A stretch of 58,590 nt of DNA from Octopus bimaculoides (lineage: Eukaryota). The position numbers and the translations under genes were made by a program. Shown here piece after piece: positions 24,238-36,748 of the stretch. The stretch is from the NCBI RefSeq assembly GCF_001194135.2, contig NC_069009.1, forward strand, positions 1,358,396 through 1,416,985, given 5' to 3'. A model generated the notes under the pieces. That model was given only the letters and a program-made list of their open reading frames with translations. It was not told where the DNA came from and ran no database searches. How positions within the stretch are numbered: position 1 is the stretch's first letter; the number at the start of each line of letters is the position of its first letter.

Positions 24238-25575
24238 TCACAGTGATGTTTTCTCTCTTGTATGAATGAGCTTGTGTCTAGTGAAAGTACCATTCATAGC
24301 AAATGATTTACCACAGATATCACAGTGATATGGTTTCTCACCCGTATGAATACGTTTGTGAGTAGTTAAGTTACCTTTCTGAGCAAACGACTTACCACAG
24401 ATATCACAGTGAAATGGTCTCTCACCTGTATGAATACGTTTGTGTGCAGTTAAGTAATCTTTTTGAGAGAATGATTTACCACAGATATCACAGTGATATG
24501 GTTCCTCACCTGTATGAATGTATTTGTGCTTAATTAAGTCACTGCTTCCACTGTATGACTTACCACAGATATCACAGTGATATGGCTTCTCTCCTGTGTG
24601 AGTGCGTTTGTGCTGAGTTAAGTTACAACTTATACTGAATGACTTTCCACAGATATCACAGTGATATGGCTTCTCCCCTGTATGAACACGTTTGTGTTTT
24701 GCCAAACAACTTCTTCCAGAGAATGATTTACCACAGATATCACAACGATAGGGTTTCTCTCCTGTATGAGTGTCCCTGTGCTGAATTAAATTACTATTCT
24801 GAGAAAATGATTTACCACAGATATCACACTGATATGGTTTCTCACCTGTATGAATACGTTTGTGAGTAGTTAAGTCACTACTTCCAGAGAATGATTTACC
24901 ACAGATATCACAATGGTATGGCTCCTCTCCTGTATGAAGACGTTTATGATGAACTAAACTATTTGTTTGAGAGAATGTTTTACCACAAATGTTACAGTGA
25001 TACGGTTTTTCTCCTGTATGAATGCGCTTGTGAGTAATCAATGTCCAATTAGCAGTGAACGATTTACCACAGATATCACAGTGATAGGGTTTCTCCCCTG
25101 TATGAATGCGTTTATGGGCAGTTAAGTTGTGACTCTCAGAGAATGATTTACCACAGACAGCACAGTGATATGGTGTTTCTCCTGTGTGAATGCGTCTATG
25201 AGTTTTTAAGGTACTGTTTACTGCAAATGACTTACCACAGATATCACAGTGATATGGTTTCTCACCGGTATGAAAGTATTTATGTTTGTTGAAGTTACCC
25301 TTTGTAGCGAATGACTTATCACATATGTCACAGCAGTATGGTTTCTCTCCTGTATGAATACGTTTGTGTTTAATTAAGAGGTTATTTTGAGAGAATGATT
25401 TACCACAGACATCACAGCGATATGGTTTCTCTCCAGTAGAAATGCATTTATGAGTAGTTAGGTTACAGCCTTGAGAAAAAGTCTTTTTGCAGATATCACA
25501 ACAGTATAATTTCTCTCTTTCTTTCGTTATTTCTTCATGAAATAAGCCATCCTTTACATTTTTCACATAACTCAT
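24238..25575 (-). CDS. ZF5: tandem C2H2 zinc-finger protein, 445 aa, 14 intact fingers plus degenerate first finger, ends TSL*
   Basis: ORF 24238..25602; ATG at 25575 matches the paralog start (MSYV). Confidence 0.93.
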   Translation of the reverse strand: MSYVKNVKDGLFHEEITKEREKLYCCDICKKTFSQGCNLTTHKCISTGEKPYRCDVCGKSFSQNNLLIKHKRIHTGEKPYCCDICDKSFATKGNFNKHKYFHTGEKPYHCDICGKSFAVNSTLKTHRRIHTGETPYHCAVCGKSFSESHNLTAHKRIHTGEKPYHCDICGKSFTANWTLITHKRIHTGEKPYHCNICGKTFSQTNSLVHHKRLHTGEEPYHCDICGKSFSGSSDLTTHKRIHTGEKPYQCDICGKSFSQNSNLIQHRDTHTGEKPYRCDICGKSFSGRSCLAKHKRVHTGEKPYHCDICGKSFSISCNLTQHKRTHTGEKPYHCDICGKSYSGSSDLIKHKYIHTGEEPYHCDICGKSFSQKDYLTAHKRIHTGERPFHCDICGKSFAQKGNLTTHKRIHTGEKPYHCDICGKSFAMNGTFTRHKLIHTREKTSL

Positions 25576-25617
25576 TGTTCTATAATGTTCTGATACCACC
25601 ACAACAAATAAATACTT

Positions 25618-25673
<56 letters not shown>

Positions 25674-26404
25674 TATATTTCTAGTGATTTTGTCAGTATC
25701 TGAAGATTACAGATTTCTTTATAAATGTATCCATGTTTAATTAGAATGTGAAATACTCATGTAAATATTCCAGACAGTGAGGAAGAGAAATCTTGTTATT
25801 CATCTTAGTTCAGAACAAAGTATTTCATAGTTATTCATCACAGATATATTATATAAACATGTTTATATCAATTATTTATTACACCTTCCTTTCGTCTTTA
25901 AAAGATTATTAATATTCATGATGTATCTCAAGTAGAAATTCCTTCTTACCACAGACGTCTGATGTTCTGAAATGATATAAAACAGAAAATAGTTAAAAAG
26001 GAGAGATTCAATAATAGAAATGTTATAGTATGTTTTCATAAGGATAAACTGTGGATATAAATTTTTACCTAAAAAGTTACTTCTTATTTTGTCATTAAAA
26101 CTATATTATGCGACTGTGAGTAATGTGGAACTTTCAAATCGTGAATGTTCCGAGACGCCTCACCGGAGCCAAGAAGCAATCTGCAAGCGGAATAACAAAT
26201 ATATACGTCAACAACGACCTCCCATACAAAACGAAAGGAACCAGAGAAGCAACATGCTACATTCACCTTAGTTTACAAAATAATCATCATTTTATGTGAC
26301 TACTATAATTAATTAAACTAAACTAATTACGGTATACTTAATACACGTAAAAAAGCAAGACATCCAGAGACTTCAATTCAACTGAAATATATATCATATC
26401 TTAC

Positions 26405-26550
26405 CTGGTATTTTACATAAATTACGGTGTAATGTAAAATATCTTCAAGTTACATTAAAGTGCGATTTCCCAAAATGAAATGTTAAAACATTAAAAAAAA
26501 ACCGACACGGTAAACAACGAAACGAACTTAGAATCTGGTGGTTGTGTACA
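26405..26550 (-). other. Putative non-coding exon 1 of ZF5
   Basis: TTCGTTTCGTTGTTTACCGTGTCGGTTTT motif and CCAG|GTAAGATA donor. Confidence 0.6.
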
Positions 26551-27216
26551 TCCTATCATCAATCTTTTGTTGTTTACGGATGTAATGTTACCAATTTTTT
26601 TTCCTTTTTAATTTTGAAATATAATACAGATTTTAAAAATCATGCAGTGTGAAGATTATCTAGACGTAATTATATTATACTAATGATGCGAAACCAGAAC
26701 TGGAATGAAGAAAACGAAAGATCGGTATCTGGTTAAAATATAGAAAGAAGATTATTTAGAATAGATTTTAAAAATAATTAAATAGAAATTACGTGAGTTA
26801 AGTTTATCCCAAAATTCTACTAAAACAACTGAGATATTAGATCAGTTGTAATATAATGATTCTCTATGGTGAAATTGAAAATTTCACCATCATCGTGTTT
26901 AATAGTACAGATCAATTTCGTGGGTCTCGAATTTCGCCAGATTATTATTTTTTTAAAAATTGTTGTTTTGAAATGCTGAGGATTATTTTCTAGAAATAGA
27001 TCCCAAAGTCGCAAGCTAAAAGTTGTGATATCAAAGGCTTACATTGGCAGCATATCTCTGGGAGATCAGCACGTACAAGAAACGTTCATGTAGTCTCTGA
27101 GCTATACCGACCATGCAGCAAAAAGAATTTTAAGTTTCGGTGCGGATTATGTACCACCGCTCATTAAACCGGTACAAATAAGTGGTACTTTATTTGAACC
27201 ACCCAGCTTGAAAGAG

Positions 27217-27360
27217 ATACACAACCTCCCGATTCTTAGTTCGTTTCTCTGTTTACCGTGTCCAGTTTTTGAAATGTCTTAAAACTCAATTTTTTGTGGA
27301 ATCACCTTTAATTGTAAATTAAAGACATTTCATATCAAACTCTGATTTTTAACACCAGGT
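27217..27360 (+). other. Orphan paralog of the ZF non-coding first exon with intact donor (CAG|GTAAGAT at 27358/27359)
   Basis: Aligns with the reverse complement of 26405-26550 (ZF5) and 56146-56290 (ZF10); no plus-strand finger ORF follows before ZF8. Confidence 0.75.
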
Positions 27361-27382
27361 AAGATATATATATATATATATA

Positions 27383-28127
27383 NNNNNNNNNNNNNNNNNN
27401 NNNNNNNNNNNNNNNNNNNNNNNNNNNNNNNNNNNNNNNNNNNNNNNNNNNNNNNNNNNNNNNNNNNNNNNNNNNNNNNNNNNNNNNNNNNNNNNNNNNN
27501 NNNNNNNNNNNNNNNNNNNNNNNNNNNNNNNNNNNNNNNNNNNNNNNNNNNNNNNNNNNNNNNNNNNNNNNNNNNNNNNNNNNNNNNNNNNNNNNNNNNN
27601 NNNNNNNNNNNNNNNNNNNNNNNNNNNNNNNNNNNNNNNNNNNNNNNNNNNNNNNNNNNNNNNNNNNNNNNNNNNNNNNNNNNNNNNNNNNNNNNNNNNN
27701 NNNNNNNNNNNNNNNNNNNNNNNNNNNNNNNNNNNNNNNNNNNNNNNNNNNNNNNNNNNNNNNNNNNNNNNNNNNNNNNNNNNNNNNNNNNNNNNNNNNN
27801 NNNNNNNNNNNNNNNNNNNNNNNNNNNNNNNNNNNNNNNNNNNNNNNNNNNNNNNNNNNNNNNNNNNNNNNNNNNNNNNNNNNNNNNNNNNNNNNNNNNN
27901 NNNNNNNNNNNNNNNNNNNNNNNNNNNNNNNNNNNNNNNNNNNNNNNNNNNNNNNNNNNNNNNNNNNNNNNNNNNNNNNNNNNNNNNNNNNNNNNNNNNN
28001 NNNNNNNNNNNNNNNNNNNNNNNNNNNNNNNNNNNNNNNNNNNNNNNNNNNNNNNNNNNNNNNNNNNNNNNNNNNNNNNNNNNNNNNNNNNNNNNNNNNN
28101 NNNNNNNNNNNNNNNNNNNNNNNNNNN
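27383..28127. other. Assembly gap (N run) next to (TA)n
   Basis: Direct. Confidence 1.
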
Positions 28128-29629
28128 ATATACCATAATTCAGTTTAATTGATTATAGAGGTCACATAAAATGATGATTAATTTGTAAACTATGGTGAAT
28201 GTAGTATGTTATATCTCTAAGGTCCCTTTCGTTTTGTATAGGAAGTCGTTGTGTACGCACATATTTGTTATTCCACTTGCAGATTGTGTCTGTTAAAAGT
28301 TGTGTATCGTTTTATCATAGCGATTATTACTAACCATATGTTTGTCGGCTATTTGTGTTGCAAAAGAGTATTACAGTCGTAGATATGTTCCATTTTTAGC
28401 ACCTGGATCTGGTCACCTTAAAGGGATCTATATGAATGAAGCAATCCAGGTACTTATTTTTAAACCAGGTGTTGCTTGTTTGAACGAAACCTACAAGCCA
28501 ATAGTTCAGCATTGGCAAAGTTTTATTACAGAATTAAGTAATACATACATACATATCTCAGATCTAGTATATTTCAGTCACAAACTCTGCAATTTTTAAA
28601 AGGAAGTAAAAAAAATCTGAAAATTGGTTATCTTGATGTAGTTTTCCACGTTTATTTCTGTGAAACCATGAACTTGTGGAGAAAAAAATTTGGCATAAAA
28701 GTTATAGACGTTTAAAAGTTGTAAAAACTGTATTTTTAGGCAATAACAAAACAAATTTTCTGCTTTATAGCAGTGTTAACTTTAAGGTTATACCCTGTGA
28801 AATTTATTGTTTAGCGTCTGAGGATTCTAAATAAAGTCAACATGTATCATCTTACCATTTCTTTCGTCTTTTCATTGATTTCTATAGTGTTTTGTATATT
28901 TTTATTATTATTTTTAAATTTGTTATATTAATATATTTGTCTTTATGTGTTTGTTCCACATTGGTTTTTAAAGCTGAACTTTATGAAGCCATTGATCTGT
29001 TCCCCAGCAGTTCAAAGATGCATCTATAATGCACTTGTACAAAAACAAAGGGAAAAAGAGTGTACGTGATAATCCCCTTTTCCAATAGAAGAATAAGGAT
29101 AATCAAAAAGAATGGAGAAATGTGTTGATATTGGCAAGCTATTCTAGTGTAATTGTAAGCCACAGACACATTAATAACGGTTTCCATAGTAATAATCAGA
29201 CATGAAAACTCTGTGAGAACCACATGTTGACAAATACGTTGAAACCAATTTCAAGGATAGATTGGTGCTAATTTACTTCTTGTCCTTTTGAAATTTCAAA
29301 TTCAAAATCAAATAACACTTAATTAGCCAAAATGAATTGAATGACCCAACCACCTCTCACTCTGAGTTTAGAACATAGAATTTAGCTTTTTGCCACTTTG
29401 ACATTTATCTATCAACTTTCTAGTGAATTTTGGTTTGTAGTTTTCATATTTTGAAATATAATCTTACTTTTCCAAGGTGCACCTAATTACATCATAATTA
29501 GTGAGGTGATACAAATGAGAAAAATGTAAAAATTTAATTTATTTAATAAAAAAAGATACAATTGCTGTACTTTATTCACCAGGACATCTATTTTATCACT
29601 GATGTTGTTATTGATCAATATCAATGAAT

Positions 29630-29765
29630 ATATGTTTAGTTAAGGAACATTATTGAGACAATGATTTAGCACAGATAACAGTCATATAAATCTTAACCTT
29701 TATGAATATGATGTGGTTCAGTTAAGTGATTTCTACAAGAAAATGGTTTATCAAATGTCACGGTT
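29630..29765 (-). pseudogene. Two eroded fingers downstream of the ZF6 stop
   Basis: KPFSCRNHLTEPHHIH (end of ORF 29693..29896) and an ICAKSLSQ-like remnant. Confidence 0.7.
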
Positions 29766-31484
29766 TTATGGTCTTTCTTCTGTATGAGTCTGTTTGTGTT
29801 TGGCCAAATAACTTCTTGCAGAGAATGATTTACAACATATATCACACGGAAATGGTTTCTCTCTTGTATGAGTGCGTTTATGCACAGCAAAGTCACGTTT
29901 TACAGAGAATTGTTTACCACAGATATTACAGTGATATGGTTTCTCCCCTGTATGAATGTATTTGTGTCTAGTTAAGTTATCTGCACGAGAAAATGATTTA
30001 CCACAGATATCACACTGACATGAATTCTCTCCAGTGTGAATGTTTTTATGAGAAGTAAGGCGACAGTTTTGTGAGAACGATTTACCACATATATCACAGC
30101 AATATGGTTTCTCACATGTGTGAACATATTTGTGAGAGGTTAAATTACTTTTAGTCATGAATGATTTACCACAAACATCACAAGTATATGCTTTCTCTCC
30201 TGTGTGAATGTGTTGGTGAGAGATAAGCCTGGTCTTCTGAGAGAAGGTTTTTCCACAGACATCACAGTGATATGGTTTCCCTCCTGTGTGAATGTATTTA
30301 TGAGAGATTAAAGTGCCTCTATGAGAGAACGATTTACCACAGATATCACAGTGATATGGTTTCTCACCTGTATGAATGTATTTGTGAGAAGTGAGAATAC
30401 TTTTTCGTGAGAATGATGTACCACAGATATCACAGAAATATGGCCTCTCATGAGAAAGTTTGTGAGTAGTTAAATGACTTCCTAATGAAAATGATTTACC
30501 ACAAATATCACAAGGATATGGTTTCTCTCCTGTATGAGTGGACTTGTGAGAAGTAAGGCTATTCTTCTGACAGAATGATTTTCCACAAACATCACAGTGA
30601 TATGGTTTATCTTCTGTGTGAATATATTTATGATAGGTCAAAGTGCCTGTGGAAGAAAATGATTTACCACAGATATCACAGTGATATGGTTTCTCTCCTG
30701 TATGAATGTATTTGTGTCTTGTTAATGTTTCCTTTATAGCAAATGATTTACCACATATGTCACAGGGATATGGTTTCTCCCCTGTATGAATGTATTTATG
30801 TCGAGTTAAGGTATGTAATTTAGAGAATGATTTACCACAAATATCACAGCGATGTGGTTTCTCTCCTGTATGAACGAATTTGTGAGAAGTAAGGCCAGTC
30901 TTCTGACAGAAGGACTTGCCACAAATATCACAGTGATATGGTTTTTCTGCTGTGTGAATGTATTGGTGTGAAGTAAGGTTAATCTTCTGAGAGAATGACT
31001 TACCACAGATATCACAGTGATATGGTTTCTCTCCTGTGTGGATGTATTTGTGCGAAGTAAGGTTAGTCTTCTGAGAGAATAACTTTCCACATATGTCACA
31101 GTGATAAGGTTTATTTCCTGTATGAATGTATTTGTGATAAGTAAGGCTACATTTCTGAGAGAATGATTTATCACAGATATCACAGTGATACGGTTTCTCT
31201 TCTGTGTGAATGTATTTATGAGAGGTTAAAGTGCCTCGAGAAGAAAATGATTTACCACAGGTATCACAAGAATATGGTTTCTCTCCAGTATGAATGTATT
31301 TGTGAGAAGTAAGTCTTTGTTTTTGAGAGAACGATTTACCACAGATATCACAATGATATTGCTTCTCACCTGAAGGAATACATTCGCGAACAGTGAGATT
31401 TCCCTCATTAGAGAAAGACTTTTCACAGACATCACATTGGTATGATAGTTTTTCTCTTTCTTTTGTCATCTCCTGAGGATTCAT
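29766..31484 (-). CDS. ZF6: tandem C2H2 zinc-finger protein, 572 aa, 19 intact fingers plus degenerate first finger
   Basis: ORF 29766..31508; first ATG at 31484. Confidence 0.93.
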   Translation of the reverse strand: MNPQEMTKEREKLSYQCDVCEKSFSNEGNLTVRECIPSGEKQYHCDICGKSFSQKQRLTSHKYIHTGEKPYSCDTCGKSFSSRGTLTSHKYIHTEEKPYHCDICDKSFSQKCSLTYHKYIHTGNKPYHCDICGKLFSQKTNLTSHKYIHTGEKPYHCDICGKSFSQKINLTSHQYIHTAEKPYHCDICGKSFCQKTGLTSHKFVHTGEKPHRCDICGKSFSKLHTLTRHKYIHTGEKPYPCDICGKSFAIKETLTRHKYIHTGEKPYHCDICGKSFSSTGTLTYHKYIHTEDKPYHCDVCGKSFCQKNSLTSHKSTHTGEKPYPCDICGKSFSLGSHLTTHKLSHERPYFCDICGTSFSRKSILTSHKYIHTGEKPYHCDICGKSFSHRGTLISHKYIHTGGKPYHCDVCGKTFSQKTRLISHQHIHTGEKAYTCDVCGKSFMTKSNLTSHKYVHTCEKPYCCDICGKSFSQNCRLTSHKNIHTGENSCQCDICGKSFSRADNLTRHKYIHTGEKPYHCNICGKQFSVKRDFAVHKRTHTREKPFPCDICCKSFSARSYLAKHKQTHTEERP

Positions 31485-33123
31485 TGTTGTTCTATAGTAT
31501 ACAAGCACAAAATATATTTTTGCTCCCTTTTCTAGATATTTCTTTGTTGATTCAAATACTTCTATTGCTATATTTCAGGCAGTTCTGAAAAACGATACAA
31601 ATACCTTCATAGATATTTTCCAAGTTCAAAGAGAATGTGAAATACTAATGCTGCTAGTAATTCAGAAGAAATATTTCAGTTATTCACCATAGATAAATTA
31701 TATGAATATGGTTATATCTATTAGTTTAAAACATCTTCCATTAGTCTTCAGTATCTGATGTAAAACCTCTTTTATGCTACAGATGTCTGATATTCTGAAA
31801 TGATAAAGAAACAGCGTAAGATATAGGAAATACTTAAAAAAAGCAGAGATTCAACAATAAAAACATTACTAATTTCTCATGACAAAGAGTTGATATCAAC
31901 TTTTATCTGAATAAATTGGCTGTTTCTTTAGTAAATTTTGATATTCTCACCCACACGATTTTCACTAAGAAAAAAGAAAACCTGACGTCCTAATATGCTG
32001 CAAACCCCTTATTTTTGTTTGGAAAAAAAAGTGGGAGTGGGAAAACCGAACCCCACCCCTATTCTGGAATAATTGGAAAATTTTTTTTCTTTTTTTTGAA
32101 TGAATTACAGTGACCTCCTAATATACCACAAAACCCTTTTTGGGTCTGAAAAAAGGGGTGGGGTGGGGTGGAATGGAACCCTCGGAAATCCCCACCACCA
32201 GTACTACATTTTCTAGTGTGTGAATTACATGGTTCGTTATTAAATATATAGAGAATGTAGATTAATATGCGTAAAATACACAGTATAAATACTGTGTATT
32301 TTAAGCTGAAAATAATTTTTTCTTAAGTCGTAGTGTATGCAGATATATATATATATATATATATCTTCCTGGGGCTATAAACAACAGTAGCACCGTCCTG
32401 TAGAGGATGCCATATTTAGTTGCCAAATATACTTTACGATTCCGTACTGCTACTGTTTATATCTTGCTCAGAGATTTAATATAACATATCTCTCTTTTAT
32501 ATATAATAGCGTGTATGTATATGTAGACATACACTGACAAAGTACTACTTACCTCCTTGCTGTCACATACAATTGGATTAATCTCAAAAAATACATTTTT
32601 TTCTCTCCACTAAATATTTTCAGCTTTATACCAGTGTTTTAGGAAAGAAAAAATCTTTCGCATCCAAACTCACTTGCTCGTCTGTGATGGATATTAATTC
32701 TATTCATCAATTATGCTAAAAAAAAAAACCCTCTTCATTTCACTTGGCATGGCTAATGAAAAAGCACCTTAATTTTTAATTTCTTTAATTACAGTAGCTA
32801 TTCTATTTGCTGATTGTGTCCATTCAAGGCTGTCTATTGCTTTATAACAAGGGTATCATTTGCTGCATATCTCTATTTGTTGTTTATTCTGTCAAACTGA
32901 TCCACGTTTATAGTTATGCCAACTGTTAACTCCTAAGAATTCTCTGCCAATATCTTAAAACACAAATATCCGACTGCAACATCGAGCCAGCGATACGGAC
33001 ATGACAAAACGAAATACAGCTTTTAGTAGACACAAATGGTAAAAACTTTCACTTTTGTCAGGAGTTTTTAATTAGCCAGATTCATCGGCTTTTACTAAAA
33101 ATAAAATATACATTATATCTTAC

Positions 33124-33250
33124 TTGTTATGATATAAAATCAGTGTCTTCTATTACTCGAACGAGCAATCTAAAGAGGAAATTAATTTGAAGACACTTCA
33201 AAAAACCGACACGGAACGTCAGCGAAACGAACAAACAATCCGTATGTTGT
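33124..33250 (-). other. Putative non-coding exon 1 of ZF6
   Basis: Same conserved motif and AA|GTAAGATA donor. Confidence 0.55.
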
Positions 33251-33467
33251 GTACCTCGTATAACTACACTTTTGTCGAATGCTAAAACTAAGGTGGCCTA
33301 TTTGCAATTTTTGTATTACTGTAATTGATTTTTGAAAAATGTGAATTGTAATTAAAACAAAAAATCCGTATGATGACAAAAAATACAAAACTAGAACCGG
33401 ACTGTTTCTTTTCAAGTTTATTGGTACTTTTACGCTATCCTGTTACCGATCATCTATGTTACAGGGC

Positions 33468-33843
33468 GGAGGCGCAATGGCCCAGTGGTTAGGGGAGCGG
33501 ACTCGCGGTCATAGGATCGCGGTTTCGATACCCAGATCGGGCGTTGTGAGTGTTTATTTAGCGAAAATACCTAAAGCTCCACGAGGCTCCGGCAGGGGAT
33601 GGTGGCGAACCCTGCTGTACTCTTCCACCACAACTTTCTCTCACTCTTACTTCCTATTTCTGTTGTGCCTGTAATTCAAAGGGCCAGCCTTGTCACACTC
33701 TGTGTCACGCTGAATATCCCCGTCTACACGTGTCTGTGGAGTGCTCAGCCACTTGCACGTTAATTTCACGAGCAGGCTGTTCCATTAATCAAGTGGAGCC
33801 CTCGACGTCGCAAGCGACGGAGTGCCAACAACAACAACAACAA
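33468..33843 (+). mobile_element. SINE family A
   Basis: Shared head and body, (CAA)n tail. Confidence 0.88.
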
Positions 33844-33989
33844 TTCGTCTTTCTTGACCTCTCTCTGTAAAGGGCTCTTCCTCTGTCTTAACCTCTTCTC
33901 GCCAATATTGTTCACAATTGAATTTAAGTTTTGATAGTAGTGTGTCGCGCAAATTTTTCGAAGCCCATGTTCCCAAAATGTCTTCACGT

Positions 33990-34241
33990 CGTGTTGAATT
34001 ATGGAAAAGGTTACAGAATGTTACTTTTCTGGATTTTTTGAAAGAAAACAAGTTAATTGCACAAAAAAAAAAAAAATGTACTTGTCGTCGTCAAATGGAA
34101 ATTGAATCTTTCCAACGTGCTATTGACTATGTTATTTGCAGTAAAACGATCTCTATAAGGAAACATACTTTTTTAGAGACATGCCACTGGGAGGACTTTC
34201 AGACATTTTTCAAGCACATAGCCGAAATATATCCACAGTGA
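33990..34241 (+). mobile_element. Possible Merlin/ISXO2-type transposase N-terminal zinc-ribbon remnant
   Basis: FLKENKLIAQKKKKCTCRRQMEIE...AIDYVICSKTISIRKHTFLE resembles the GLL..C..C..M..DG..C..SIRxxTFF pattern. Confidence 0.4.
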
Positions 34242-35222
34242 TTTCAGAAAGGTAAAGGTTAGTTTTTTTGTTTTCTTTTTTTCTTTCGAATTTTGTTACA
34301 GGCTTTCTTTTTATTATTATTTTGTATTTTTCGTTTTCGAATCTTTGTTCTCTGGTAAAAAGCGTGAAACTCGCAGTTCAACTTTCTGAGTAAATGCAAG
34401 ATTTGGACTATCCGCGTTTAGCTGTTATTTCTAGCATATCAAGTTTTGTGGTGGGTGGGGACTCCACATGCCGTGACCCTTTTGCTGTTTCAATATAAAT
34501 GTAAGCCGTTCATTTTCACATCTAAGTTGCGAGGAGGCTATTCGCGTCGTGAATACACAAAAATATGTTAAGACGACTTATCTGTGGCATACTATTTTTT
34601 TTTTTTCACTTTAAGTCAATTTCCATGTAAATTGTTTCTCATAGAAAAAGACACCATAAGCAAAAATAACGAATATACACTCATAGTTAAATATAGAAGT
34701 GTCAAGTATAATTTGTTATATAATCTCTATAATAAACATCATATTGAATGGAATAATTCCCCATTTTGAACTTATATGTACGTGTGTGTTTGTGGTAGAA
34801 ATATACGGATGCACAAAAAGGATATAATTAAACAAATATCGACCCCTTGTTCAGAAACACCCGCTAGTGCAGAACAGTTCTCAAATTAACTCCCCAATTG
34901 TCTCTCCCCCACCACAAATTACTATGTCCTCCTAATCTACATAGTCCGAAGTATATTTGTAGAGAATTTCATTAAAAAGTATCCATTTTCTTGAAAGACG
35001 AATTGGGCTCCGGTGAATTTTCTGAAATTCACCACCCCGGCTGTTCCTAAGACGTTTTTCCCCAAAAGTTTTATAGATTCGGAATCTACATAATATAACA
35101 CATATTCGTAGAAAATTTCAGTAAAAAATATCAATTTTTCTGAAAATTATGATCATCCAAAGTCGGGGGAGGGACAGATATCTGTAGTTATGCCGATAAA
35201 ACAATATCTACTGTAATAAAGT

Positions 35223-35660
35223 GGAGGTGCAATGGCCCAGTGGTTAGGGCAGCGGACTCGCGGTTTCGATTCCCAGACCGGGCGTTGTGAGTGTTTATTG
35301 AGCGAAAACACCTAAAGCTCCACGAGGCTCCGGCAGGGGATGGTGGCGAACCCTGCTGTACTCTTCCGCCACAACTTACTCTCACCCTTTCTTCCTGTTT
35401 CTGTAATTCAAATGGTCAGCCTTGTCACACTGTGGTTAGGGCAGTGGACTTTCTCTCGCTCTTACTTCCTGGTTCTGTTGTGTCTGTAATTCAAAGGGGT
35501 CAGCCTTGTCACACTCTGTGTCACGCTGAATATCCCCGAGAACTACGTTGAGGGTACACGTGTCTGTGGAATGTTCAGCCACTTGCACGAGCAGGCTGTT
35601 CTGTTGATCGGATCAACTGGAACCGTCGTCGTCGCAACCGATGGAGTGCCAACAACAACA
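35223..35660 (+). mobile_element. SINE family A with internal duplication
   Basis: Body segment CTGTAATTCAAA..CAGCCTTGTCACACT occurs twice. Confidence 0.85.
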
Positions 35661-35679
35661 AATGCAACAGGTCCATCTA

Positions 35680-35970
35680 TCTCCTCTTCTTTCCCCCTCC
35701 CTCTCATTCCTCATTAATCTAAGTTAACTTTGATATGATTTCGTCAGCTGGATGCCCTTCCTGGCTCTGGGTGCTCGTTTCTTGCTACCAGCACTTGTGG
35801 AGTTGTCAAGTAACTTGTAGGACATAAAAGGATTTTAAAAAAAACGGAAAAGCTACCTTCATTAAGTGGAGTAGAGTATTTGAGAGGGTGAGGATGTTAT
35901 TTTATGGCTGGGCGAGGTGTTTTGCTATAGAGAAGATAAGTGGTTACCTTACGTTTATGTAGGTTAACCA
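35680..35970 (+). repeat. Dispersed repeat shared with about 42730-43015
   Basis: AGCTGGATGCCCTTCCT...TTTCTTGCTACCAGCACTTGTGG...CAAGTAACTTGTAGGACA present in both. Confidence 0.7.
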
Positions 35971-36141
35971 CATATATATATATACACACCCACATACAAA
36001 CATGTATGTATGTGTGTATGCATTTATGGAGTCTTCCATGTAGTGTGGATAACTGTGATGTTCAGCAGACTTCCTAGGACCAACAAAACAACCAGAATTC
36101 TTCGGGAATATTGGTTTGAGCCCGGATATTGTACTCTATAG

Positions 36142-36409
36142 CAGGGGTTTTCAAACTGTGGTCCGCAAGGACAAGACAGGGGGTCCGTAGACAGCAAATA
36201 CGTTTTATGGGCAATGTGATTTTATATATGTTTTTTAATCGAAATCTTTTAATTGACAATAAACCTATTTGTTAAATACTGTTAAATAAATAAATGTAAA
36301 AATATGTTATTTTAAGCAAATATTTATGTATAAATTTCATAAGCGTTTATAAGGGGGTCCCTAAGGTAAAGCCTGAAATAAAAGGGGTCCGCAAGTTTGA
36401 AAACCCATG
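36142..36409 (-). mobile_element. hAT MITE, 268 bp, inverted relative to the other two
   Basis: Same TIR (1 mismatch); TSD CTCTATAG at 36134-36141 and 36410-36417. Confidence 0.92.
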
Positions 36410-36579
36410 CTCTATAGAATAGAACACCTGATATCGATTGAAATCAGTGTCATTTGAATGGAAAATAAAAGAAACACGTGATCAAGACTGAAAGATACAC
36501 CAGCCTGGGAGAAGTAAGCTGCCAGGTAAAGGTTCTCACAGTAGGGGTTGGAGTCAGAGGATTTGTAAGCAAAAATGTC

Positions 36580-36748
36580 GGTACTACTAAAGCAGCGTGG
36601 ACCCGAACGCGCTAGCTAGTCTTGAGTGGTCGATCCTAACCCTAACCCTAACCCGCGTGTGCAAATGAATACGTGTTTAGGGTTAGGGTTAGGATCGACC
36701 ACTCACGACTAGCTAGCGCGCTCGGGTCCGCGCTGCTTTAGTAGTACC
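36580..36748. mobile_element. 169-bp palindromic MITE: 72-bp arms containing CCCTAA/TTAGGG repeats, 8-bp TSD AAAATGTC (Merlin-like termini)
   Basis: Arms differ at 3 of 72 positions; TSD at 36572-36579 and 36749-36756. Confidence 0.85.
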
